DNA of 64,000 bases from a virus (taxonomy: Duplodnaviria; Caudoviricetes), in the IMG/VR virus record IMGVR_UViG_3300037418_002577, positions 1-64,000 of that record. The stretch is one strand, 5' to 3'. Positions 1 through 9,040 of this stretch are shown piece after piece. The first letter of the stretch is position 1. Each line of letters starts with the position of its first letter. The position numbers and the translations under genes were made by a program. The notes under the pieces are model-generated. The model ran no database searches. It was not told the DNA's origin and worked only from the letters and a program-made list of their open reading frames with translations.

Positions 1-6
1 CTCGAC

Positions 7-477
7 TTGCAGGTCAAGTTCGGCAGCGTGAACATCGGCGATCAGGTCGCCTCGATCCCGATCAAATTCACCCGCGATCACCTGAAGAGTCTCAACCGCT
101 GCGAGGAGTTTTTCTGCGGCAAGCAGTTGACCGGCTCGATCGGCGTGCTCTCGAACCCGCCGCATATTAGCGCGGAGGGCGACACGCTCACCCAGCGTCA
201 GATCGTCCCCGATCTCGAGCAAACGGTCGGCGGCGTCTTCACGTCGAAGAAGTTCACGGTCGGCCCCAAGGCGATCGGGGCCAGCCTCGCGTTCCAGATC
301 TCCGGGATCGACATCGGCGAGCTCAGTCACCTCGCCAACAAGGAAGGCCGGATCGTGATCAAGGAAGTCGCGGGGATCGAGGCGAAGCCCCGCGGGCGGC
401 CACCGAAGTCCGAGGACGACGATTCGGAGATGGGGGACGATGACGACGACGAGCCCCTGGACGACGAGGACGACTGA
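7..477 (+). CDS. Hypothetical protein with acidic C-terminal tail; probably begins upstream of the window
   Basis: Frame open from position 1; D/E-rich tail; no family recognised. Confidence 0.6.
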   Translation: MQVKFGSVNIGDQVASIPIKFTRDHLKSLNRCEEFFCGKQLTGSIGVLSNPPHISAEGDTLTQRQIVPDLEQTVGGVFTSKKFTVGPKAIGASLAFQISGIDIGELSHLANKEGRIVIKEVAGIEAKPRGRPPKSEDDDSEMGDDDDDEPLDDEDD

Positions 478-708
478 TCTCGGTTTCCGCGGCGCCCATT
501 AGCCAAAGGTCGACAATGCCAATTCCCAGATATGCGGGCCCGGTGCGATATGACTGGCCGAGCGATTTTCGCTTCTGGCCAACGCCGACCGATTCCCGCA
601 AGGCAATTCAACGAGGGCCGATTCTTCGCCGGCACTTCGCCGCATGGCCGAGGCCGCCGCCCCTGGATCGGCTGGTCGGTATCGGTGCTAAACGATGCCG
701 TCAGCCTG

Positions 709-752
709 ACCCGCGTTGCCTGGTAGAGCACGGGCGGCGCGGGTTTATTTTT
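709..752 (+). terminator. Hairpin plus T-tract upstream of the replication genes
   Basis: ACCCGCGTTGCC pairs with GGCGGCGCGGGT, followed by TTATTTTT. Confidence 0.5.
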
Positions 753-796
753 GTGTTGATCTGCCACCTGGAGCGAAAGGACAAAGGATTCAAGCG

Positions 797-1201
797 ATGG
801 CGAAAAGTAAAAACCCGACCAGTTTCTTGATCAACGCGAAAGAGTTTTCGTGCCGAGGCGACATTGAGTCGATGAGCACCGAGGAGCTCGGTGCATATCT
901 CCTGCTAATGTGCAAGGCGTGGAACGAAAGGCCGCCAGCGAGCGTTCCAGACGACGACGCGATACTCGCCAAATGGGCTCGGCTTACTCAGGCCCAATGG
1001 GCGCAATGCCGCGCGTCCGTTCTGAGTCATTTCAAAAAACGTCAAGACGGTCGGCTGTATGACGAAAGGCTGGAGCGAGAGTTTCAAGCACTCCGCGAGA
1101 GCCAACGGCGGAAAAGTGATGCCGGAAGGCGCGCGGTCAACGCAAGGTGGAGTCAGAGCGCAAAGAAACTGAAGAAGGTCATTGTTTACGTGGAGGAGTA
1201 G
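797..1201 (+). CDS. YdaU/DUF1376-family phage replication-associated protein
   Basis: Motif MSTEELGAYLLLMCKAW...DDDAILAKWARL...RLYDERLERE; RBS AAGGA upstream of ATG 797. Confidence 0.8.
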   Translation: MAKSKNPTSFLINAKEFSCRGDIESMSTEELGAYLLLMCKAWNERPPASVPDDDAILAKWARLTQAQWAQCRASVLSHFKKRQDGRLYDERLEREFQALRESQRRKSDAGRRAVNARWSQSAKKLKKVIVYVEE

Positions 1202-1207
1202 GGCCGG

Positions 1208-2233
1208 ATGTCCAAGAAGCTGCCTTCATTCCAGTTCTACCCAGGCGACCATCTCAAGGAACCGTCATTACGCCGATGCAGCAAGGCTGCAAAGGGCGTT
1301 TGGTTTGATATGATCTGCATATCATTCGAGTGTGAGGAACGGGGCGTGTTCCAGACTTCCGGGGTGCCGTGGCCAGATGGAGACATCGCCGCGGCGGTCG
1401 GAGGCGACATTGCTGAGAACCTACACGCTCTCGAGGAACTGCTGGCGAAGGGCGTCTGTTCCCGGAATCAATCTGGGGCAGTGTTCTGCCGTCGTGTGGT
1501 CCGCGATGAACGCAAAAGACGGCTATGTGGTGAAGCGGGTAAGATGGGGGGAGGAAATCCCGCCTTACGCAAAGGTGCGGCTAAAGGTGGGATTAAAGGT
1601 ACCTTAATAGGTGGGTCCAAACGGAATCCAAAGGCTTCATCTTCATCTTCGGATGAAGAGGGGGCGCTGCCCCCGTCTTCATCCACTTCGGCTGCAGCTT
1701 CAGCTTCAGTTTCTCCTGCGGAGCCGCCGCCAGAGGCGGCTTCTTTGGCTCCTCCGCCTACGGCGGCTGCGCCAAAGGCGGCTTCGCCGGAAGAGTCGGC
1801 TTCGCCTCCTGGATCGGCTAAAAGCGCCGATCCTCCTCGGCGTGTGGATCGATCCGAAGACATCCTCGCAGTCTTCGAGCACTACCGGAAGCACCGCCCA
1901 AAGCGGCATCTCCGCCCGAACTCCGAGTCGAAGGAGTGGAAGCATATCCGCGCCCGACTGAGTGAGGGGTTCACGGTCGCGGATCTGTGCGAGGCAATCG
2001 ACGGGATGATGCGATCCCCCTTCCACCAGGGGGAGAACGACCGCGGCGGCACGATGTTCGACAGCCTGGAGCTCGTCGTTCGGAACTCGTCCCAAATTGA
2101 GAAGTTTAAGGCGATTCCGGAGCGCGCCCCGGTAATCTCGCAATCCGCGAAGTTCACACATCGGGCGGCCGAGAGCTATTTGCAGCGGCGGTTCCCGTCA
2201 CAGGAGGAGTTGGAGCACGATGCCCCTTACTAA
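1208..2233 (+). CDS. Phage replication initiator (lambda O-like architecture)
   Basis: N-terminal PSFQFYPGD...KGVWFDMIC DUF1376-like wHTH, Ser/Pro/Ala linker with DNA repeats, helical C-terminal domain; followed by loader-like gene. Confidence 0.75.
   Translation: MSKKLPSFQFYPGDHLKEPSLRRCSKAAKGVWFDMICISFECEERGVFQTSGVPWPDGDIAAAVGGDIAENLHALEELLAKGVCSRNQSGAVFCRRVVRDERKRRLCGEAGKMGGGNPALRKGAAKGGIKGTLIGGSKRNPKASSSSSDEEGALPPSSSTSAAASASVSPAEPPPEAASLAPPPTAAAPKAASPEESASPPGSAKSADPPRRVDRSEDILAVFEHYRKHRPKRHLRPNSESKEWKHIRARLSEGFTVADLCEAIDGMMRSPFHQGENDRGGTMFDSLELVVRNSSQIEKFKAIPERAPVISQSAKFTHRAAESYLQRRFPSQEELEHDAPY
1571..1618 (+). repeat. 12-bp-period AAAGGT iterons inside the initiator gene (putative origin)
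   Basis: AAAGGT at 1571, 1583, 1595 and ATAGGT at 1607. Confidence 0.65.
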
Positions 2234-2882
2234 GCCTCAAGTTGCGCGGCTGGTGAAGTCAGTCGAGGCCCTAGCGATCAATTTCGGCAAGGCGGCCGGC
2301 GAGGAGTTGTTCCTGGCGTTCGAGATGGGCCTGGATGACTTGCCGATCGACCAAATCGAGCGGGCCGTCAGGCGCGCGATGCGCGAATGCGCGTTCATGC
2401 CGACCGTGATGCAGGTTCGGGAGTTGGCCGGCGTGGTGAGCGACAAGGATCGTTCCGTGCTGGCCTGGGAGTGCGTGCTGCGAGCGATCAGGAAGATCGG
2501 CATGCACGGCTCGGTTGACTTCGACGACCCGGTGATTAACGCGACCGTGCGGCACCTCGGGGGCTGGGAGAAGGTTTCTGGCGTCGAGACGGATCAACTG
2601 GATTGGGTCCGCAAGGCGTTCGAGGCGAACTATCAGGCTTGTTGTCGGGCCGGCATCTCGCAACGCGAGGCGCGGCCACTGCTGAGCGTCCACGACGCCT
2701 ACAACGCAGCGAACGGGTTTCTGTCGGAGGTGAAGCCGCCGCTGAAGATCGAGTCTGGGCTTCCGCCACACGCGCGGACTGTGTTGCGGATCGGGAAGTC
2801 GGAAGGGAAAGGGTTGGTGTCCGGTGTGGCGGCCGACCTCGGGAAGCGTTTGGGGATCGAGGACAAAGGAGCAAAGCCGTGA
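2220..2882 (+). CDS. Helicase loader/inhibitor-like protein (G39P-like N-terminus, DUF6475-like C-terminus)
   Basis: FMPTVMQVRELAG motif then AWECVLRAI...VDFDDPVINATVRHLGGW; position after initiator. Confidence 0.65.
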   Translation: MPLTKPQVARLVKSVEALAINFGKAAGEELFLAFEMGLDDLPIDQIERAVRRAMRECAFMPTVMQVRELAGVVSDKDRSVLAWECVLRAIRKIGMHGSVDFDDPVINATVRHLGGWEKVSGVETDQLDWVRKAFEANYQACCRAGISQREARPLLSVHDAYNAANGFLSEVKPPLKIESGLPPHARTVLRIGKSEGKGLVSGVAADLGKRLGIEDKGAKP

Positions 2883-3466
2883 GGAATCTTGTGATTGGAA
2901 TCGACCCCAGCCTGACGGGCTTGGGCGTGATCGGGCTCCAGGCTGGCGAGAATGATCCAGTGTTCAAGCATCGGTTCACCTCGAAGCCAGCCTCCGGGCT
3001 CTTGCGGTTCGATCGCTACACCGGGCTTCGGGACAAGGTCGCTAAGGTTCTCGATGTCTGGGAACCACAAACCGCCATGGTGGTGATCGAGGCGGCGCCT
3101 AATCAGATCAAGAGCGCTTCCGGAAAGTCGATGGTCGAGATTGGCACGTACCTGCAGATTGCCATTCGGAAGCGATTCGAGGACCGGCGGGTTGAGGTAT
3201 ACCCTGGCTCGCTCAAGAAGTTCGCGACCGGCAAGGGCGTTGGAAAAAAAGAGATCATAGCGGCGCACGTCGCCACCCGCTGGGGTCAGCTTTTCGATTC
3301 GTCAGATGAGTTCGACGCCTACGTGCTCGCCAAGATTGGGCTGTGCTATGCCGGCCTGGAGGATGCGGCGAATGCGGCGCAGCGGGAAGTGATCGAGGCG
3401 TTGCGGGCCGGGCCGGCTCCGAAGAAGCCCCGGAAGAAGGCCGCGGAAGTTGACCCGAACTGGTAG
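2879..3466 (+). CDS. RuvC-like Holliday junction resolvase
   Basis: VIGIDPSLTGLG, VVIEA and DEFDAYVLA RNase H-fold motifs; GTG start overlapping upstream stop. Confidence 0.8.
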   Translation: MRNLVIGIDPSLTGLGVIGLQAGENDPVFKHRFTSKPASGLLRFDRYTGLRDKVAKVLDVWEPQTAMVVIEAAPNQIKSASGKSMVEIGTYLQIAIRKRFEDRRVEVYPGSLKKFATGKGVGKKEIIAAHVATRWGQLFDSSDEFDAYVLAKIGLCYAGLEDAANAAQREVIEALRAGPAPKKPRKKAAEVDPNW

Positions 3467-3516
3467 GGCGGTGTCGCCCGGGATTCAATCTGACCCCAAG
3501 CGTGAAAGGCTGACCG

Positions 3517-3972
3517 ATGGCCACAACTGCTGTTGATTTATTACAAAGCGTACTGAAGAGCGCGAAGCACGCGATGGAAGAAATCGCCTCCGTGGCGGTG
3601 CTCTTGAATGGAGCGAAGCCGACGAACCCCGAAGCCTATGGCAAGGCGATGAGCAATCCGGCCGATGCTGGCTGCATCTCGCGGGCGTACTCCGCGATCG
3701 ACGATATGGAGTTCGAGGTCAAGCTGGCCCTTGCCGAGCTGCAATCGCCCCCCGCCGGCAAGACAATCCGCATCGAGATCCCCGTGGCGATCAACCCGGC
3801 CGGCAAATGGTACGCGGCCGGCAGCAACGTCCGCGGCGACGAGATCAACCTCGGCGAAGTCGCGGCCGTGCTCGGTGGAATGCCAACCGTGGTCTTTGTG
3901 GTTGCGGATCTGCCGTTGCCCGGGGCGCCCGCGGAAGTGGCTGGCAGGGTGGACACAACCCCATGTGGCTAA
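3517..3972 (+). CDS. Hypothetical protein
   Basis: RBS GAAAGG, 151-aa ORF in operon. Confidence 0.6.
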   Translation: MATTAVDLLQSVLKSAKHAMEEIASVAVLLNGAKPTNPEAYGKAMSNPADAGCISRAYSAIDDMEFEVKLALAELQSPPAGKTIRIEIPVAINPAGKWYAAGSNVRGDEINLGEVAAVLGGMPTVVFVVADLPLPGAPAEVAGRVDTTPCG

Positions 3973-4268
3973 GCCCCGGAAGCCCGAGACCGCAATTCGA
4001 GCCCCCCAAGCCAGGCTCCGCACGATGGAACGCAATGCTCAGACAGTGCCAGCATCGAAACGGAAGTGAAGCGGGATGCCCGTGCGGAGATCCAATGCTG
4101 TGCCGGGTGCCTGACGAAGAATTGGCTGATCGGATTGCGGCGTTAGATCGTGCGGACTTGGTGTGCATTCGGTACGCGGTGCGGTTGAAAGCGATGGGAC
4201 GTGTGACCTCTAACCCCAACCTGTAAGCGATGACAGGTTCCCCTCTGATGAAAGGCGGCGAGAACGAG

Positions 4269-5093
4269 ATGAAAGTTACGGCGTTAGCCCAATGGTACGG
4301 AAGCAACAGAACGCTCGCCCCCCACGTCGGTGAAGAATTGGCCGGCTGCGAATGGGTCGGCGTCCCGTTCTGCGGCGGTTGCTGCGAACTGCCGTACATC
4401 AAATGCCGCAGCGGCGTCGCGAACGACCTGCATCGACACGTCATCAATCTAGCTCGTGTAGTTCAGAATGCAGAATCACGGCGGCTGCTTGCGGAGATGC
4501 TGAACGACATTCTTTTTCACCCCGACGAACTGGCGGCCGCGCAGCAACAATGTCTGGCAAGGGAGCGAGCCTCGCTCTTCGGGTCTAGCGTTCAGTGGGC
4601 TCGCGATTATTTCATCTGCTGCTGGATGGGACGCGGCGGAAAGGCGGGCTCGAAAGGCGAGTTTAACCAAGGTCTCTCTGTTCGCTGGGAAGCCGGCGGC
4701 GGCGACTCGGCAACGCGGTTCCGCTCGGCCGTCGAATCGCTCACGGAGTGGAGCGAGGCCCTGCTGCCGTGGAATTTCCAAGTGCTCGATGCGTTCGAGT
4801 TTCTCGACAAGTGCAAGGATAGGCCTCGCCACGGGCTGTACGTGGACGCTCCCTGGCCGGACGCCGGCGATAAATACACGCACCGTTTCGACGAGCGGCA
4901 GCAGCGAAAGTTGGCGGGTGCCCTGGGAGCGTACCGAGAAACTCGCGTCGTCATCCGTTATGGCGATCATCCGCTGATCCGCGAGCTGTACCCGGAGAGC
5001 GAATGGACCTGGCTGCGGCAGGCGAGCCGGAAACAATCGAACGACGAATGTGAGGAAGTATTGATCATTAACGGTCCCTCTTATTCCAAGTGA
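4269..5093 (+). CDS. Dam/D12-class DNA adenine methyltransferase-like protein with atypical motifs
   Basis: WYGSNRTLA, VPFCGG (motif I-like), ANDLHRHVIN, LYVDAPW in place of DPPY. Confidence 0.75.
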   Translation: MKVTALAQWYGSNRTLAPHVGEELAGCEWVGVPFCGGCCELPYIKCRSGVANDLHRHVINLARVVQNAESRRLLAEMLNDILFHPDELAAAQQQCLARERASLFGSSVQWARDYFICCWMGRGGKAGSKGEFNQGLSVRWEAGGGDSATRFRSAVESLTEWSEALLPWNFQVLDAFEFLDKCKDRPRHGLYVDAPWPDAGDKYTHRFDERQQRKLAGALGAYRETRVVIRYGDHPLIRELYPESEWTWLRQASRKQSNDECEEVLIINGPSYSK

Positions 5094-5116
5094 GGCGTTT
5101 AGAAAGGCGGCGAGAG

Positions 5117-5803
5117 ATGAGTGACCACACCCCGTCCTCCATAAAACATCTGTCACTGAGAGGCCGCGTCATCGCTTGGCTACTCTCGATTGCCAACACT
5201 AAGCCGCCAATTATCGACAGGCCGGATTTCTACGACCTGAAGCAGCGCATCTGTGAACGGTACGGGCGATTCGTCGGGCACGACCTGCAGGAGATCGTCA
5301 AGGAATGCTGGGGACCGTGGGAAGCCGATCAGTTCGGCGAGCGAAGTCCAATCGGATGCCGTGGAACAGCGTGCCGAGTCTGTGGCGGAACTGGAGCCTT
5401 CGACGTGCGGTGGGTGAGTCTGGAGAGTTGGGCTATTGGGCGGCGAATCTTCCACCGTCCCTCGGGCGACACTCGCATCCGCCCCGATCCGAGCAGCGTC
5501 ACAATCCACGGACTCGTGAAGCACAGAGACTACGGCAGAGGTGCCGACGAGGCGCGGTTGTGGCTCTACCTGCTGTGCGGCGAATGGGAGTTGTTGTGGC
5601 GGCAAATGACGATTGTGCATTGCTGCGGATGGTATTGGTGGCCGCTGCTGAATGTTCAGCGGATTGCATCGAACATCGCGCTTCGCTTCCACATCGAGCG
5701 GTGCGTCCAATGCAAGATGCGATTTATCAGCGGACGGGCGCGGCGGTGCTACTGCCGAGAGTGCCGGAGCCAAGCCCAATCGAGCAGCGAAATCCCCTTT
5801 TGA
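5117..5803 (+). CDS. Hypothetical protein with Cys clusters
   Basis: ORF with RBS; CxxCxxC and CxxC motifs. Confidence 0.6.
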   Translation: MSDHTPSSIKHLSLRGRVIAWLLSIANTKPPIIDRPDFYDLKQRICERYGRFVGHDLQEIVKECWGPWEADQFGERSPIGCRGTACRVCGGTGAFDVRWVSLESWAIGRRIFHRPSGDTRIRPDPSSVTIHGLVKHRDYGRGADEARLWLYLLCGEWELLWRQMTIVHCCGWYWWPLLNVQRIASNIALRFHIERCVQCKMRFISGRARRCYCRECRSQAQSSSEIPF

Positions 5804-5816
5804 AAGGCGGCGAGAG

Positions 5817-6212
5817 GTGAGCGGAAAGACAATTACGGACTGGTGCAAGAACGTCCACGAATGGGCTGTCGGCAAGGGCTGGTGGGAGAAGAAGGATCGA
5901 AACTTCCCTGAGCAGATTGCCTTGATGCACTCGGAGCTGAGTGAGGCGCTGGAAGAGTTTCGGAAGTGGGGGCTCGATCCGAAAGTGTTCCTGTACGACG
6001 ACTGGAGCGAGAGCGGAATCGCCTGCTTGCCTGTCGAGCCAATCTACACCGGGCGCGGAAAGCCGGAAGGCATCGCCTCAGAACTGGCCGATGTTGTGAT
6101 CCGCATCATGGACACCTGCGGAGCCTACGGCATCGACCTGGAAGGCGCGATCGAAGCGAAAATGGCTTACAACCACACCCGTCCCCACCGTCACGGAAAC
6201 AAGCACGCCTGA
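5817..6212 (+). CDS. MazG-like nucleotide pyrophosphohydrolase
   Basis: IALMHSELSEALEE...ELADVVIRIMD...IEAKMAYNHTRPHRHGNK signature. Confidence 0.85.
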   Translation: MSGKTITDWCKNVHEWAVGKGWWEKKDRNFPEQIALMHSELSEALEEFRKWGLDPKVFLYDDWSESGIACLPVEPIYTGRGKPEGIASELADVVIRIMDTCGAYGIDLEGAIEAKMAYNHTRPHRHGNKHA

Positions 6213-6230
6213 GAAAGAGAGCGAAGCGAA

Positions 6231-6791
6231 ATGAGCTACATTCAGCCCCACATGGTCGAAGCGTTGAAGGATCATGCCTTGGAAGAGATTCTGGGGCCAG
6301 GAGATGGCCGAGCGTTCTTGATGCGGCGTCCCGGAGAATGGGACATGCACCTGTACCTCGTGTTCTTCAGAGAGTGCATCATTCTCACCGGCGACCTGGC
6401 TTTCGGAACGCGGAACGGTTGCATCTCGGACATGAAGTACGACCTGCAATGGTTCATCGGAAACGCTGGCGGCGACTATTTGTGCTCCAAGTTCCTTGAC
6501 AAAAAATGGCAGCCGGAAATCGCATCCGAGTTGATGGCGGATTGGCTGGTGTCGGACAAAGACCTGACGGCCGAGCAACGCGAAGTGGTTGAAGAGGCCC
6601 TCGAAGAACTCGACTCCGACGGGATGGGTAGCGAGCGACTCTGGCACGCTCTGGTTAATGCCGAGATCGACGTGAGTGACGGAGTACCGGGAACAGACTA
6701 TCCCCGCGCCGACGCCGGCTGGCTCTGTGCAGTCCAGCAACGGTTTCGCGACCTGTATCGAGCGCAGTTTCAGCCGAAAGAGAGCACATGA
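6231..6791 (+). CDS. Hypothetical phage protein
   Basis: ORF with junction RBS; ILTGDLAF motif. Confidence 0.6.
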   Translation: MSYIQPHMVEALKDHALEEILGPGDGRAFLMRRPGEWDMHLYLVFFRECIILTGDLAFGTRNGCISDMKYDLQWFIGNAGGDYLCSKFLDKKWQPEIASELMADWLVSDKDLTAEQREVVEEALEELDSDGMGSERLWHALVNAEIDVSDGVPGTDYPRADAGWLCAVQQRFRDLYRAQFQPKEST

Positions 6792-7543
6792 AAACCAAAT
6801 ACAAATCCATCATCTTCGACGCATCCGAGGTGCAATCGCTCCTTGCCGGGAGGAAGACGCAGTTCCGGGAGCCAGCAAATCCGCAGCCAGTTTCACCGGG
6901 TAGCGCGAAGCCGAGACTCAGAGTCGGCGACATCGTGCGGGTGAAAGAGACATTTTGGGGAAAGCACGACATCGAAATCGGAGACTACGGTTCAGTCTAC
7001 TTCAACGGACCAGTCCTTGATGTTAGTGAGCAGTTTCATCCAGGCATCCAGTATCTCGCAACTCCTGAATGCTTCAACCTACCAACGCTGGAGTTCGGGC
7101 AGACAATCGAGCGATTCACTGGAGAGCCCGAGCCGGGAGACTGGTGGCTGTCACCTCCCGACGAATGGGACGGTCACGATGAGAATGATCATCTCCGTCG
7201 CGGCATCTGGACATTCCTTGCGTGGGGAAAAGGGAACTACACTCGCCATCCAGCAGGAACACTCCCAATCTGGGCCTCCCGTCGCTGGCTCGAAATCACC
7301 GAGGTACGGTGCCAGCGACTGATGGAGATCAGCGACGAGGACTGCAAAGCCGAAGATTGCGCCGGGTGGTACTCACCTTGCCATCCTGATTTTGGAGAGA
7401 CTGACGGGCGCACGCCGAGCGAGGAATACATCGAACGCTGGGACGCACGGCACGGAAATAAGCACCCGTCATCGGCGAATCCGTTTGTGTTCGCCTATTC
7501 GTTCCGGGTTGTGGAGAAGCCTGTTTTGAAAGGGAGCGAATGA
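6788..7543 (+). CDS. ASCH/PUA-like domain protein
   Basis: IIFDASEVQSLLAGRKTQFR...VGDIVRVKETF...WLEITEVRCQRL...NPFVFAYSF. Confidence 0.75.
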   Translation: MKTKYKSIIFDASEVQSLLAGRKTQFREPANPQPVSPGSAKPRLRVGDIVRVKETFWGKHDIEIGDYGSVYFNGPVLDVSEQFHPGIQYLATPECFNLPTLEFGQTIERFTGEPEPGDWWLSPPDEWDGHDENDHLRRGIWTFLAWGKGNYTRHPAGTLPIWASRRWLEITEVRCQRLMEISDEDCKAEDCAGWYSPCHPDFGETDGRTPSEEYIERWDARHGNKHPSSANPFVFAYSFRVVEKPVLKGSE

Positions 7544-8232
7544 GCAGAAGCCACACAGATGTACCAGCCACCGTCGAGCAGCATGCTTTGCCAGCGTTCA
7601 GCGGACTCATGTTCACGCTCGATGACGAGTTGCATGAACTGGTATTTGTCATGTATCACCAACGCAGGCCGTTCTCTGTCGAAACAGTTGAGCATTGGGA
7701 CCACAGCAAGAAGCCGTGGTTTAATCCCGAAAAGGACAAACCTCGCGGCTTTTGCCCGCAAGGATTTGACTTTGAGTATTGCCGTCGAAACGACACGATC
7801 TATCAACACAACTCCGGTGGCGGCGGTACGGTTCGAGTCGTGCTGCATGAAATCGTCGAAAAGCATCCGCCTTGTGAGATTTGGATAGCAGCAGGCATAC
7901 CGCTGTTTCGGCACGCCAAGAGAAAGCCTTTCAACGAAATCCCATTGAAGGACGGCGACCTCGAACGTCTCGGATACAAGCGGCTGCGGAAACCGCGTCT
8001 CTTGCGGGGCTGGAGAGACGAAGCGAGTCGCAACCCATTCGACGTTTCTGAAGAGGGAGAAACCGTCTACTGTCGTCGCTGCGAAGATCATCTTCCCGAC
8101 GAACCTGGGAGTGTTTGTAAGCACCTCTATTGGTGCGACGACTGTGGCGACTGGTTTTACCTCGACAACCGAATGGACAGCGATGGCGAGCGACGCAAAT
8201 GCGAATGCAAGAATGAAGACGACTGCGAATAG
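7540..8232 (+). CDS. Hypothetical Cys-rich protein
   Basis: ATGA overlap; C-terminal CxxC clusters; flanked by 24-bp direct repeats. Confidence 0.6.
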   Translation: MSRSHTDVPATVEQHALPAFSGLMFTLDDELHELVFVMYHQRRPFSVETVEHWDHSKKPWFNPEKDKPRGFCPQGFDFEYCRRNDTIYQHNSGGGGTVRVVLHEIVEKHPPCEIWIAAGIPLFRHAKRKPFNEIPLKDGDLERLGYKRLRKPRLLRGWRDEASRNPFDVSEEGETVYCRRCEDHLPDEPGSVCKHLYWCDDCGDWFYLDNRMDSDGERRKCECKNEDDCE

Positions 8233-8285
8233 TCGCGAGTGGCTGTAGTAGCCAAGAGTCTGGTGCAGGTTTTGAAAGGGAGCGA

Positions 8286-8672
8286 ATGAGCAAGGAGTTG
8301 CGGGCAGCGGCGGAACGGCTAATTAACGAGCCGCATGGGAACAGGGATGCCGGCTATGGAGCGTCCCCGCAGAGGATTAACGATGAACGGTGGGTTGCGC
8401 AGGAATACCTCGCAGAGCATCCCGCAGACGATGCGGATTATCCAGACGGAGAATGGCTTTTGGCGGTCTTGCCGGTTTCCTACAGCGGGACCGACCGGGC
8501 GCACGTCGATGTCATCGAGCAAGGAACTGTCGTTGCCTGTGTGGACTTCCTCTGGAGCGACGGGTGCACAATTTGTCATATCAATCTTCAGTTGTTCCGT
8601 GAGATGAAGACCAGGAAGCAGGTTCGTGATTTGTGTCGCGGGCTGGGCATCACTTTGAAAGGCGCCTCATGA
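8286..8672 (+). CDS. Hypothetical protein, paralog A (MSKELR family)
   Basis: Shares N-, mid- and C-terminal motifs with next ORF. Confidence 0.65.
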   Translation: MSKELRAAAERLINEPHGNRDAGYGASPQRINDERWVAQEYLAEHPADDADYPDGEWLLAVLPVSYSGTDRAHVDVIEQGTVVACVDFLWSDGCTICHINLQLFREMKTRKQVRDLCRGLGITLKGAS

Positions 8673-9040
8673 GCAAGGAACTGAGAGAGGCCGCGGAAGA
8701 GGCCGAGAAATTGCATCGCGTGTCGCCGCCACACGTCAAGAAACGGCGGCAATGTGAACTGCTTGGGCAACTCGCCAGAGCGGTCCTCGCGGAGCATCCC
8801 GCAGACGATGGCGAGCGGATCAGCCAGGAATGGTTCGACGAGATGTACGAATTCGCGCTCTCGCTTGACGAACAATTTGGATTGTTTCTCGGCAGCGATG
8901 GAGTCGTGTACCTGTTCGCTGAATCTGGAGCGGAAGATTCATCGCATTTCTCTCGGCCCCTGCCGCACATCAAGACGCGCGTCCAGTTCCGCAACCTCTG
9001 CAAAGTCCTTGGCATCCCTTTGAAAGAGAGCGTGAAATGA
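8669..9040 (+). CDS. Hypothetical protein, paralog B (MSKELR family)
   Basis: ATGA overlap; MSKELR, LAEHPADD, KTRxQxRxLC...LGIxLK shared with 8286..8672. Confidence 0.65.
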   Translation: MSKELREAAEEAEKLHRVSPPHVKKRRQCELLGQLARAVLAEHPADDGERISQEWFDEMYEFALSLDEQFGLFLGSDGVVYLFAESGAEDSSHFSRPLPHIKTRVQFRNLCKVLGIPLKESVK

